Shown here piece by piece: positions 12,896 through 25,169 of a DNA stretch of 64,000 nucleotides (position 1 is the stretch's first letter; every line of letters starts with the position of its first letter). Under the pieces are notes generated by a model, which saw only the letters and a list, made by a program, of their open reading frames with translations, had not been told where the DNA came from and ran no database searches. The position numbers and the translations under genes are program-made. Source of the stretch: Selaginella moellendorffii (lineage: Eukaryota; Plantae; Lycopodiophyta); contig NW_003314262.1 of assembly GCF_000143415.4 (NCBI RefSeq), positions 1,929,046 to 1,993,045 of the forward strand, read 5' to 3'.

Positions 12896-13313
12896 GATGG
12901 CATGTATTTATTTAAAAATGTAACTTATTATGGCATGGGGTTCCATGCCATTGTATTAATATTAAAAGACAATTCTTTGAGAGGATTTGCATTATACTAG
13001 AAGTGTTACAGCATGTTATTGGAAGTCTACGAAGTTGTTTTATTAATAATGGGAAAGTAAAGATTGAATGGAGACTTGGGCTCCACCTAGACTCGGAGCA
13101 ACTGAGCCAATATTAAAAGGATGGAAAGAAATTGGACGACGATGACAAGGAGAAGAGAGAGGTGAAGTAGTGGCAGGGGGAGGAGAAGGGATTGAGTAGA
13201 CATTTCCTTGTTTAAAATAAAATGGCATGTGCCTCAATGCAGTTGAATTTTGTTATATTTATATACTATATAAAGGTTTGGAAACCTTATTTTACAAGTG
13301 GGATAATGACAAT

Positions 13314-13337
13314 TTCCACTTTAACGAAATAGAGCTT
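13314..13337 (-). repeat. Right terminal inverted repeat
   Basis: ttccactttaacgaaatagagctt followed by the TSD aaaa; a sub-terminal AAGTGGGA at 13296 can pair with it. Confidence 0.9.
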
Positions 13338-13341
13338 AAAA

Positions 13342-13440
13342 TCAATCATCCAAATTCCAATGCCAGCAACCTGGTTTTTGGGGCAGAAAGCACCGTTAAA
13401 ATAAGCTGTAATCATAGGAGTGTCCTCTTCAAATAAAGAT
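13342..13440 (-). pseudogene. N-terminal part of the aRH domain
   Basis: Translates as MITAYFNGAFCPKNQVAGIGIW, the RNase HI first motif Y-F-D-G-A with D->N. Confidence 0.7.
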
Positions 13441-14439
13441 GTTGGGGACACCACATCCAGCAAGACCGTCTGGCAAGCAAGAATGTTGCTGTTGGATCCG
13501 GAGTCTTTGTCTATTGTTCTCGTTGCTTTTGATGCTCTGAGTGCCCGATTTCCAATGCAAGGATAGTGGCCAAGTACTCTGCAAGCGAAGGAAGATCCTC
13601 CACCAAAGTCAAGTCCAAGTCTGGTGCTAAAGTTTCAGTGTAATACACTTGGATCTGTACCGGGAGTTCCATAGTAGGAAATTTTGAACTCAAAGAGCTA
13701 CAACTCGCATGTAGCACATCCGATTGGCTTGATTCTTTCTGCTAGTTCTGTGTCTAGATGTAATTTTCCATCTCCAAGAAACAGCATGACAAAATACACT
13801 TGGAGTTGTCAGCTACCATGATTTTAGTAGGAAGATGCAGGCTGTATGACACCTCAGATAGTTGCTAAGGAGGATTGAGTTCAGCTGTGTCCTGTGAAAG
13901 ATGGACCTGGTCTGGAGTGATTATGTCATCAAGCTCCATAAGAGAGAGTTGGTCCCATGCAAGAAATAAATCAAGAAGCCCTTCCTCTATCAAGAAACAC
14001 CCCGGAAAGCTGGATGTAGGAGCCTATACTCTATAAGCCCCGCAATCAAATAAAGAGGGCGTGGCTAAAGGCTCGGCCTTACTCTCAAATAAAGAAAGTG
14101 AAGTTGAAAGATGTCTCGAGCTATCTAACTCACCTCCAACTATGTCAATCGCATTGCATGATAAAGCGTCTGTCATATAGATGGTCGACTCCACTGCCAA
14201 CTTAGGAAAAACCTTTGTGAGCTCAAGAGGAAAGTGTGGTGGAGGCCATCTTAGTCTGAGCCTACTAGGCTTGCTGAGAAAGAGCTCTGCCGTGGTTGTT
14301 GAAAAAGGTGGCGTTATGGGTTCCATCACTAATTTCCATCTTGCCTTATGCACTATCAATGGTGCAATGGGTTGTGACTTGCCATGAGCGGCCAAGGATG
14401 ATAGAGTCCTTCAAAGAGGATGTTCTAAGATGTTGGTAG

Positions 14440-15830
14440 TCAACCATGAGGAAATCTATCTCAGAAATAACACCCTACACTGAGATCTTGACACCACAGC
14501 AAATGCCCGCTGGAGGAACGGTGTGGTTGGCGAAGGTTTTGAGCATGATGGAGGAGCTCTCAGTGATCCGTAACTGTGTTGAAAGGGCAGCTTCAAGAGA
14601 GATATGTTGCTTCCAGAACCAAAGTCAACCAAAGCATCCATCCTATAAGAGGAAGTACCGATCTACATCGGGACGAAGAATGGACCAAATCTCCACCATA
14701 TCTTGTCATGTAGACAATGTGCACCTCTTGAGGAGTCCTCTTGAGAGTGCTCTATGGTGTTCCTGACAGTGCAAACTCCTTTAAATGCTGGCCAAATCCC
14801 ACAACAAAACACAATATGTCCCAGAGCGAAAAGGTGATGGGAGTGTCAACCAATTGTTGAAGAACCAACTGCAAAACAAGAATAGCTGTTGGTGAGATCT
14901 CAGGAGGAGAAGAGAATAGTGACTTGAAGGGGAGCTTACAAATCACCCTCTGTGTCACTAGATCTGTGTTGTGTGTGTTCGTCTCGCAGTGAGTGCACCA
15001 ACGGGAATTAAATCTGCATTCCTGAGTTGCAACAGCCTCTTTCTTGGACTCCACCAGCTCCTAGAGTAGCTTGTCATGGTGTGATTGTTGCTGAAGAATG
15101 ATCTCCTTCAGCTGCCACATCTCATTTGTAAAGTTCCCAATATCCGAAGGTGTATGCTCACTAGTGACAGGCTTTGGTGTGGACAGGTGAATGGCTGCAC
15201 AAGGTGACTCTGATAGGGTGATGGCTAGGTCAAAATCAACTCTAGCAATCCATAGGTTGACAAGGAGCTCTCTTTCCAGCTTTGTGGCAAATGAAAATGC
15301 CTTGTGGCAAGACAACAAATGTCTTCTTAAGAAGTTTCCGCTACAAGTTCCCACGCTGTGAATGCCGTGACCCCCTGTTACTCATTTTGGACCACTCTAC
15401 CATCCCAACACTACTTCCAGTATGCTCAAAACCGGGTGATATAGTCAGGAACAAACTCATGAGCACTTTGTTAGAACAAAAAGAGGTCGACAAGTAGCCG
15501 ATTTGTGGGTTTTTCTTCAACAAAACGTTCTTTGAAAGAAGCGAGTAGTGTCTGGAAGTTTGTGTGGTCCTCTGGGAGGAGAGAATTTGCCCAGGTGGCT
15601 ACTTTGCCTTCGAGAGATTGCAAGAAGTCGTGGCACATACAATCATCATCGACAATCATGTTTGTGGTGTAGTAGTAATCAAAGCGACTAATATGTGATG
15701 TTGGAGAGACTATCCCAACACTTGAGAAGGTTAGCAAAACACTCCCCTTCTGCAGAACATAGAGCTGAGGTCGAGCTAAAGGTGGCTGCACCATAGCTTG
15801 TAAATCTAAGTCACTGGAATCTGCCAATGA
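14440..15830 (-). pseudogene. gag and aspartic protease remnants of Tat-like element
   Basis: FLQSLEGKVATWANSL..FKERF (gag), WCTHCETNTHNT (zinc-knuckle remnant), DALVDFGSGSNI (protease). Confidence 0.75.
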
Positions 15831-16217
15831 TGAAGAGGACTCAGCCCGAGAAGGTGCTGTGCGTCAATTTGGCCAAATCTAGCACCAAGAATAATAGCTA
15901 CTTGTAAATTTAAGCTAGATCTACAAGCCCAAATGCACTGATTTGAGAAATTAGGCCAAGGATCTAGGTGAGAAAGTGAAAACCCCAAAATGTTCCTCAA
16001 ACCGAGCCAAGAAACGTTGTATCTCTTCAAATACTGCACAGCTTAATGAGCACCATACCTTGCTGGAAAGAGGAGCTCCAGACCTATTTAACAAGCCCAA
16101 GATCAAACAAAACCACTGCCAGACGAACAAGAAATTCCTTTCCAAAGTCTACAGCCAAAAGAAAAAAAGATAAATGACGCCTCCGAAAGTACTATGCATC
16201 ATGCTGGATTCACCATT

Positions 16218-16410
16218 TGTTGGGGGAAGGAGGGGCACCTCCCCCAACGCTCACTCAAAAACGAGAAATGTTTCAATACTCTTTGCAAAATGCGCCCCCC
16301 CTCCCCCCCCCATGTGGGGCAAGGGTTTTATACAAAGAAGATGGGGAATATTTTGAAGACCAAAATATTCCCTCTCTCTTTCTCACTCTCTTAGTGGCCA
16401 TGCCCTAACA
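16218..16410 (-). repeat. 5' LTR of Tat-like element (193 bp)
   Basis: Homologous to 622-798; TG..CA ends; adjacent PBS-like sequence. Confidence 0.85.
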
Positions 16411-17300
16411 TCATTATACTCATAATATAAATGTAACTTTTTAGTATCTAACTTATAGTTATTGGAGGATTGGCCATTCTTTTTACTCTACTACTTGTTC
16501 TTGGGTTGTTGACAATCAACCTTATAGTGTGTAAGCTCGCCACAATGATCACAACCTTGGCTATAATTCTTCACAAAGAACTACTGCTTTTTTGTATCCA
16601 AAGTAGTCATCAAAGATTTCAACTTGTGATGTTTGTTCCTATCCTTGTGTCTATGGTGATCATCACTATGATTCTCAACAGAAAGACTCATTGAATGCTT
16701 GCAAGACCTATGCTTGTCATTATCAAGTCAATGAGCTGCATCAAAGAGCTACTCCAAACTCTTTGTAGGCTAAAAATGACACAAGTGTTACTACATGCTC
16801 TCACTATGAAGGCCATCAATGAAGTAGGACTTGTTTTCATCTAAATCTTTTGTTGGAACACGACTAATCAAGCAAGTAAAATTCTTAATATAATCCTCAA
16901 GCATCATTTTCTTTTGTTAGGGATGTTAGAGTTCCATGTGAGCATTCTCCACATTGTAGTGAGGGGAAAAACTTAAACAAAAAACAACCTCAAACTCATT
17001 TATAGTAGACATTGGTAGTTTATTATCCATAATACAAAACTCCTTAAGCCAATTCTACTATCAAAGATCTATATTATGCAAAACCATTAAAATATCCACT
17101 AAAGCCTCTACATCTAGAGTTCCTCTAGCAACTAAGAACTTCTTCACATTAACTAGCCAAACCAAACACTCATATATACCACCATCACGGGAAAAAGTTG
17201 GAATCTTGAATCAATCTACTAAAGAAGTTTTACTTAGAGCACCACCACGTCTAGCCTTGAGTGTTTCAACACTCCCACGTATGGTATCCATCATATTATA
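16411..17300 (-). mobile_element. Degenerate gag of an older LTR retroelement
   Basis: Minus-strand zinc knuckle GCDHCGELTHYKVDC (CX2CX4HX4C) at about 16512-16556; gag-like KIPTFS..G at about 17190-17210. Confidence 0.6.
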
Positions 17301-17334
17301 CATTTCATCTTGCATTTCTTGTTAATTGTAATGC

Positions 17335-17465
17335 ATGTGATCATGGGATGAGATTTGGATATACTGCCACCATGGATATTTGAAACCTTGGGGATAAATA
17401 GAGATAAAATAGCTACTAAAGGCTCTCTCATCAAACAATTACCCCTTTTTCAGTTGGTTTAAAGG
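17335..17465. repeat. Dispersed repeat; inverted copy at about 41640-41765
   Basis: tcatgggatgagatttggatatactg...ctctcatcaa versus its reverse complement near 41661-41762. Confidence 0.7.
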
Positions 17466-18849
17466 GAGAGAGATAAGGTATGTTACACTGATTTTGATTA
17501 GGGGCTCATAATTTATAAATAACATCCTGAATAATCCAAACCTCCACAACACCATTAGCGCTATTGTTGGCACTATTGACAATAGGATTCTAGCATTTAT
17601 TTTAGTCAACCATCATAACTAACTTCTTTAATACCAATATTACAACCCAGCGCTAAAAAGCAAGAGGTTTAGTCTCCCTAAACTATGTTATGCCTCCTCT
17701 TGAGGTTCCTCACCACCCAACCACCCTCAAGCTACCTCAAAAGCTTTATTGTCCTGCTGTTGGAATTTAACCTACCTTATGTCCATGAATAAGAGCGCAC
17801 CTCTTTTTTCAATTAGTTAAAGGTTTTACGATACTTGGGGTTAAATATCATTGGGTTTGAATAGTACTGGGTTGGATGACCTCCCACGAAGTATAAATTT
17901 ATGAGGTTACATTTTGTATCTAGGGTCTCAAGCTTGACTCTATTGGTTGACTTAGAGGAAATATACTATATGTTAAGATTAACATCTAACAAGTTCAATT
18001 TGCTTCTGACTAAGCTTGACCCAAGGGTTAGGGTGTCAAGAGAGCAAGACTCTCATAAAAGCCCTTTATAGTCTTATTCCTACACTCAGGAGTTTGGCTC
18101 CATCCCTTAATTAAAGGCTTTAAAACTTAAGTCCCAATTTGTTACCCTTGGCATATGTGTCTAAGGATTAAGTTGCACTCCATAGTTATTTTATTATTAA
18201 GCTTCACCTTTTTCTAAGGCTTTAGTATAATAGTATATTTAAAGCTAATAAAAGGGTGTGTAGCTTTGGGAGCATTGTGGATTTTCCTTCACAAAAGTAC
18301 CTCCACTCTAGTATGATGCCAAGTGGTTGAAAGAAGCTCAATTCATTAGAATTAGATGAACTCATGTAGCCAATTATAGGGTAGCTATTGTCGACTAGTC
18401 ACATCACCCGCCTCTTTATTGATATTTCTTATTTCAATAAAGGGCATGACCATGTAAACAATTCTAACCACCTATTTACAATATTCTATCTAAACCTTAC
18501 TAACAGGTTTAGTTTCATTGCTCAAGAGGGTTGGGACCTCTAACTTCTTTTTCTATGTCCCTGCAGTCAAGGGCATATCACACTTTTATAAGCTGGGTGA
18601 CACCCAAAGTAGCAAGGGTGGCTAACTCCATTGTTTATTTCCTTGTTAGTGACGGCTGGAAAGTGTTTGAGTTTGTAGCACATCTAGGTTAGACAAAGAG
18701 GTTATCTTAACTCATTTAAGTTAGTGCATTTCTCATATAGTGTGATTGCTGTGAACTTTTTATGGAATTGTTTCCTTTGCAGTGATCTAGACTAAAGTAT
18801 GCATTGACAAAGACGTCAATCTTCCCTAAGGGGGGGAGAGTGTCATGAA

Positions 18850-19650
18850 TATGACTATGGGTATTGAAAGTTATTTGTCGACTAATCCTTTCAAATATTC
18901 TTTCCTTACTGCCACAATGGCAAGAAGTCAATATTGCTACACCCTTTATCAGTCCCTCTTGTTCAAGTGTTAGTAAACTATGTTTAGCATCTATACTTAA
19001 CCAGATGAACATAAGGGTAGGAACTTTTATGTGTTTGTTGCTGAGCATACTTGGCCTGGCTCTTAGTTGTTTTTTGCTCTATCTTGCACTCACTTGACAA
19101 AAACCCTCATGTATTAAGACTAGTCTTTCAATATCGCTAAATGATAGTTTACTGTGTCTGCCAAACACCCTTGCTATCATGCACCTTGTGTTAGTATTGT
19201 TTGGTTACAATTGCTATTTATAGAAAGTGTTTAGATTTACTAATTTGGCATATTTACAGAATGTAGAGATTGTCCTAAACACAATGGCGTTCACCCTATG
19301 TCCAAATTCACAATTTAGTTCCATTATATATTTAGTAAGTTTCAAGTTAGTCCCAGAGACGAACTCGTAGTACTAAGGGTGGCTAAGGGTGAAAGCCCAA
19401 AGCGTATGTTCCTCAAGGGGGGGTGGGAGTAGGATATGGAAGGTTCCAAATGTATAACAGAGATAGTGGGTAGGTTGGGAATGGACAACTAACTTGTGAT
19501 ATTGTTTAGCTCCAACTTGTATGCATATCCTTGTGTTATGTCTGGCTTGGGTCTAAGCCCAAGTTCTACACCATGCTAGCTGGTGGAGTACCCATATCCT
19601 TGTGTTATACCACCAATATACTGAAATAGTGCTAAACTCCATTTGGTTCT
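18850..19650. repeat. Dispersed LTR-associated repeat (family C)
   Basis: Homologous to 33373-33636 + 40975-41520 (same strand), to 27600-27900 and 42980-43150 (inverted), and partly to 26510-26620. Confidence 0.65.
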
Positions 19651-19699
19651 ATTTTGCATATTAATCCTAACATTGGGATGTTAGATGTTCCAGAACTAT

Positions 19700-22600
19700 T
19701 CTAATTCGTTTCGTGTTTTTGTCCCTTCACTTCTTGAGTTATACACTTAAGAGTCACTCCATGCTTTTGTTCCTTTGCTCCTTAGCTCCATGCTTAGGAG
19801 TTTGGCACCATTATTTTGTTCACTAGCCTTTCTTCAGAGTGTTTTGACCATTGCAAATAGTTTCTTTTTTGTGGACATGCCAATTTCACTGAGCCTTATC
19901 CAACTTGTTTGGTCCACTCCCTATTGAAAGTAAGCACAAAAATGCTGCCTCCTGTGGACATTAATAAAGTAGGAGTCTTTAGCCTTACATTGCCCTACCT
20001 TTAAATCCTGGGCCTCCACTCTATATTGTTCTCTTCAGGCATTTGCCAATACCACTAAGTTCCTACCTTGTCTATGCAAGGGTACCACAAATTGATTAAA
20101 TTAATCCATCCCGAAGATCATATCAAATCCCACCATGTCTAACACGGTGAAATCCATGTCTACTTTCCATGTCTTTACTTTGACTTTTGTTTGTTAAAGT
20201 ACTTCATTGATGCTTTAGCTAACTTTAACAAACTTTATAGTCCTTGGTTCACTTAGCCACTACACCATTAATCTAGCTTGCCAAACTATGTTTACAGCCA
20301 CAAAATTATCCAAAGCATCTATGTCAATAAAGATCTAGCTACTTTCAAGCTTCCCTTGGAAGGCTAGTGGATATTGTGAATGACTTTCTACCAAAGTTGC
20401 TCGTGTAATAAGTAACTTTGAGTTAGGGATTGGATCATGTACCTTAGTTTAAACTTCACTTAACTTAATGGCTATATTGACTTTGGCTTTCTAATGGGCC
20501 TTCTAATGGCCTTCTTTGACTTTCGTTGCTAACAAACTTAGCCTTTTTATCAGGGTTTGTCCCTTTTCACCTAAATCCCCATATACTTGCTCGCTAGCTA
20601 TCAAATTTGCCTTTTCAAAATTCTGAAGACTCATTCTTAGAGAAACTCTTCCTAAATTTCCCTTTGCTATATGTCCCCTTTGGTTTGACTCCTTTGCTAA
20701 ATGTGGTCCCCAACTCTATTGTATTCCTCTTTCGCAAATTATCATTGAAATGCACCTTAATAGCTGCATCCAATGTTTCCTTGTAGTTGATCAAGTTTCA
20801 ACACATCACCTCACTTTGAGCCCATGTCTGTAAGCTTGATATGAAGGCATGGAATGCATCCATATTGCCCATTTCCGTAACAAGGATCCTCTTTGCTATA
20901 AACACATTTATATATTCTTGAATAGTTCTTATTTACTTTATCCTACTCAACTCATCCCTTAAATGCAGAGTAGCATTTGGAGGAACATAAGTTGCACGGA
21001 TCCTCACCTTCATCATTTCCCAAGCAGCCCTAAACCAGTCCTTCATTGGCCTCCATTATTCTCCACCAAACTTTAGCATTATCTGCTAAGTATGGTTTTG
21101 CTTATAGGACCTTTTCCAAGCTTGATAACCACAATGCTCTAAAATAATCCTTTATATTGTAAAACTAACCCTTCACCACCTTATATTCCTTCACTCCTTT
21201 GAAGATCAATGGGGGCTTTGGTTTATACTTGGGAACTACTTAAGGGACTGATTCTACTTTGGTTTATTCAACCTTATTCATTTCCGCCTCAGTTTTCACT
21301 AAAGGGTCCATGCCTTCTGCACTACCAATATCCGTAGTCTTTTACCTTTTCTTTCATTTCTCAATACACTTTAATTTACGTAAGAAGGTCTTTAGCAGGG
21401 CATTGGTCTGTGCTAATTATCCTTTTAAAATGTCCAATTAAGCCTTGGATGACCAAACTTCACCATTAGACTCTTGTTTGGAATTTTACTCATTGGAGTC
21501 AGCCTTATGCAAAGATTCCTTATCCATAGTTTCTTGTTCAATTGGAGAAGGATAGATGTAAATTGTTGGGAGATGACTAAAGTAGAGTGTAAGAGAACCA
21601 AGATAGAAATGGAATTTCTTGCAAAGCTAGAGCCCTAAGAAGAAGGCTCTAATACTAAACTGTAAGCCATAAATTTTTTCTTTCCAATTTGTTAATTTAC
21701 CTTGTCTATCCATTCACCATTACCTTAGCCTTTATTAAGTTCCCTTGCCAAAGTTTCCACCTATTATACTAACTCCTACTTGGTTCTACTTAGTTTCAGT
21801 TACTCACTACACAAGCAATGGTGTGTTAGCTATCCATCCATGGATTGCCAAATTTTCTTCGAATCCCACTCCCCGGGTTAGACTAGACTTAAAGTTCAAC
21901 TACACTCCCTACAAGCACAAACAACCAAGAATAACAAACCTCCAGGTTTTTAACATCCCTTGGTACAACAACACTTAATCATGAGACCCTCTAAATCCTA
22001 AACCTTGAGTGCATCTCTTACTTTAGGACTTTAGGGGGAAATATTGTGGCCTAATGGCCTAATATAGGTACCCCTACTCCCCACTTCCATCCTAAAAGAA
22101 AGGCCCAAGCTCCTAGGAAGAAACAAGGACCAATGAGCAGTATAGTACTCAAATGAACACCATTCCACATGAGCTGAGAGTACCGCAATCAATTTCCCTT
22201 CAAAGAGTGGGAGTTACTTTTGAGCACTTCCTTAGGTGGCCCCCTCCAACACCACTTGAGTCCATGCTCACTCCCACCCAAGTCCCCTAACCCCCAGCCT
22301 CAACCACAAGTTGGTTTGGAAGCACCACTAGAGAGTTCCTTCAAGACTAATTTTTGGATCTCACTATCTCTATTATATTTTTGGTATTAGTATTTGGACT
22401 TAATCTCTCAGACTTGATCTCGGACTCAGTCTTGGACTTGACCTCGGACTTGGTCTTGGACTCGATCTTGGACTCGGTCTCAGACCTGATCTTGGATCTC
22501 GGACTCGGTTTCAAACTTGGTCTCTAACTTGGTTTCAAACTTGGTCCCTGACTCGGTCTCAAACTCAGTTTTGAACTTGGTCTCAAACTCAGTCTTGAAC

Positions 22601-22798
22601 TTGGTCTCAAACTCAGTTTTAAACTTGGTCTCAGAATTGGTTTCAGACTTGATTTTAGACTCGGTATCAAAACTCGGTCTCAGAGTCGGTTTCAGACTCA
22701 ATCTCAAACTCGGTCTTATCCGATGAACTCTTTATAATTTCGGTCATGGTTTCAAAGATCCTTTAGTATATGACACCTCAAGGAGTTGATTCCTTACA
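19700..22798 (-). mobile_element. Decayed chromovirus-family copy: 5' LTR 21661-22798, then gag-protease remnants
   Basis: The LTR is the reverse complement of the 27901-29095 family; gag matches 29155-29570 ([12 protein letters not shown]); many stops. Confidence 0.75.
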
Positions 22799-22799
22799 C

Positions 22800-23760
22800 T
22801 TAGATGATCTAGAAAATTAGCAATGTGAAGAAGAAGGTATACTTGAAAATGTTCCCAAGACTACTTTTTGTACACTATTTGGTTTTTTTAAATTCTTGGT
22901 AATGCCATTTAGTTTGAACAATGCTCCAACAACTTTCTAGCGAATAATAAATAAGGTTTTTTGCAATATACCAAAGGTGACTACTAACTTCATCTATAAT
23001 ATCTTGATCTACTCAAAAGGGATATGGAAGGAGCATGTTTATGATATTCATAAGGTGTTAGATCTACTATAGTAAGTTGGTTTAAAGTTGAAGTAGTCAA
23101 AGTGCATATTTGGCTCCAAAGACACAACTTATCACAGGTACCATATTTTTTATGAAGGTTTGTAAATTGATCTTGACAAACTTGTGGCTATTCTAGAAGT
23201 TTGTACTCCGAAGTGTGTGAATGATATACAACACTTTCTAGGCAAGGTGCAATATCTCAATCATTTCATTGATCATCTTTCTAATCATATTATACCATTG
23301 TTAAAATAGTCAATATCATTTTTTATCTAGTTTAAGGATTGTAAATAGTTATTAATAACTCCTTCAGTTTTAGCATGTCTTGATTACACTCAATAATTCA
23401 TTTTACGTATGAATGCTTTTAATATTGGTTTTGAAGTGTTGATGCAAAAGAGTCTAGGTGTGCCTAGTCGGCATCATCCTATTGCATACATCAACCGTAT
23501 ATTACTAGAGATGAATTACTCCACAACAGAGAATGAGTGTTTAGTAGTAATTTTGGGTTTTAAGAGGCTTCATATATATTTGCATAGTTTTTGAACATTA
23601 CTAAAAAGTGATAATGCTGCAATTACTTCATTATTGAAGCGAAAGAATTTAATTGATCGTACTATTTAATGAGCTTTGAAGTTTCAAATATATAATTTTG
23701 AGGTTATTCATTGCATAGAGAGTTCTATGGCTAATATTAATGCCCTTTCTTAATGTCCTT
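22800..23760 (+). pseudogene. Highly degenerate Ty3/Gypsy RT-RNase H fragment
   Basis: KTTF..LFGFFKFLVMPFSLNNAPTTF; HPIAY..NYSTTENECLVVI. Confidence 0.7.
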
Positions 23761-24530
23761 TCCCTTTTTCATTATCTTCTCCATTTCCTAATAAGTTTGT
23801 TATTCCAATATCAATGGATTTTCGAAACAAATATTCTATGCCATTAGTGGTTGTTGTACATGATGTTTAATGTCTATAAAGTATGGAGCAAGATTTACCT
23901 TCTTTTAACGAGGTTCATGAGCTTCAAAATATTGAGTTTTAGACCTAAAAGCTTCATTAGAGGTTTTAGAATTTTGTATCACTTATTAATGACTTGCCAT
24001 TTCGGCATTTACAATTTTAATATCACCTTTATAACAACTTTTTTTATTTTGTGGGGACTAATCTTGTTAATAATCTACAACTGATGGTGCGTTCAATATT
24101 TATTCCATACTTTCTCCATATTTATCATGACTTTCCTATTCTAAATAGATATAAACATCAATATGTGATTATGAAGTTGCACAAGTCTTTGTATAAGTGT
24201 ATTTAATTGGGGTTTAGACCCCTACTTATATACAAGAATGGATGAACTATATTACGATTTATATGCTATAGTACTATATCTAACTAAGGTAATATATGTA
24301 TATACATACATATATTTACAAACTTTATAATAATATTTAATTTGTTTAAGGGTCTCTTTGTTTAGTAAATTATATCAAGATGTTACAGAAAATCACAAGT
24401 TTCAACAAACTGATACTCTAGATATGTAGCGATTTAAATATTTCATTCATTTCCTTAAAAAACCCTTGGGAGGGGGAGCGATTTGAAAATTGGGATATTC
24501 TTTGTTTTAGGGTTTATCGATTCTTCATGA

Positions 24531-25169
24531 ATGTCCGGCGAGCGCGACACCACTGCCATCGCGATCTCCTCGCACACATCAATCCTGCGGGACTGCGCCA
24601 GCACTCGAGATCTGACCGCCGCCAAGCAAGCGCAGTGGGAGATTGCCAGGGATGGATTCGGGGGCGACAGGTACCTTGGCAATCTTCTCGTCCAAGCCTA
24701 CGGCAAATGCCGTAGCGTCCGCGATGCCAGAGAGGTTTTCGATCGCATCCAGCACCGAATAATCTTCTCCTGGACGATCATGCTCGGCGCCTACGCTGAC
24801 AATGGCCACGGCCGCGAGGCCCTAGGCCTGTTTCACGAGATCCAGTCGCGTGGCATGGCGATCGACAATGTGACGCTCGTCAGTGCTCTCAAGGCGTGTG
24901 CCGTGGCCGGGGATCTGGAAGAGGGCCGCGGCATTCATGCCAATGCGCGGTCTCTAGGGTATGAATCCAAGATCATCGTGGCCACCGTGCTGGTGAGCAT
25001 GTATGGGAAGTGTGGGCATTTGGAGGAGGCCAAGGAGGTGTTTGCGACGCTGGTGGAGAGGAATTGCGTGTCCTGGAACGCGATGTTAGCAGCGTATGCC
25101 CAGAACGGGCATTGTGAGGAGGCTGTGAGGCTCTATCGTCTTATGTGCTTCAAGGGGATCAAGCCCGAT
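24531..25169 (+). pseudogene. PLS-class pentatricopeptide repeat (PPR) gene, N-terminal half
   Basis: PPR repeats (LVQAYGKC..AREVFDRI..FSWTIMLGAY; LVSMYGKCGHLEEAKEVF..VSWNAMLAAY); breaks off mid-repeat at GIKPD. Confidence 0.85.

Larger units (their letters stand above)
5275..13337. mobile_element. Sola1-like cut-and-paste DNA transposon, copy 1 (8063 bp, internally deleted), with transposase and multi-exon cargo gene
   Basis: TIRs AAGCTYTATTTCGTTAAAGTGG (21/22 identical); 4-bp TSD AAAA (5271-5274, 13338-13341); removing the element and one TSD restores the host aRH frame (GIWMIDF|AEQ); the same terminus recurs at 58557. Confidence 0.9.
622..16410 (-). mobile_element. Ty3/Gypsy Tat-like LTR retrotransposon (order gag-PR-aRH-RT-RH-INT), decayed and interrupted by the DNA transposon at 5275-13337
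   Basis: Direct TG..CA repeats at 622-798 and 16218-16410; flanking duplication TCAT (618-621 / 16411-16414); PBS-like TGGTGAATCCAGC on the minus strand just inside the right LTR; minus-strand gag, PR, RNase H, RT and INT fragments. Confidence 0.85.
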
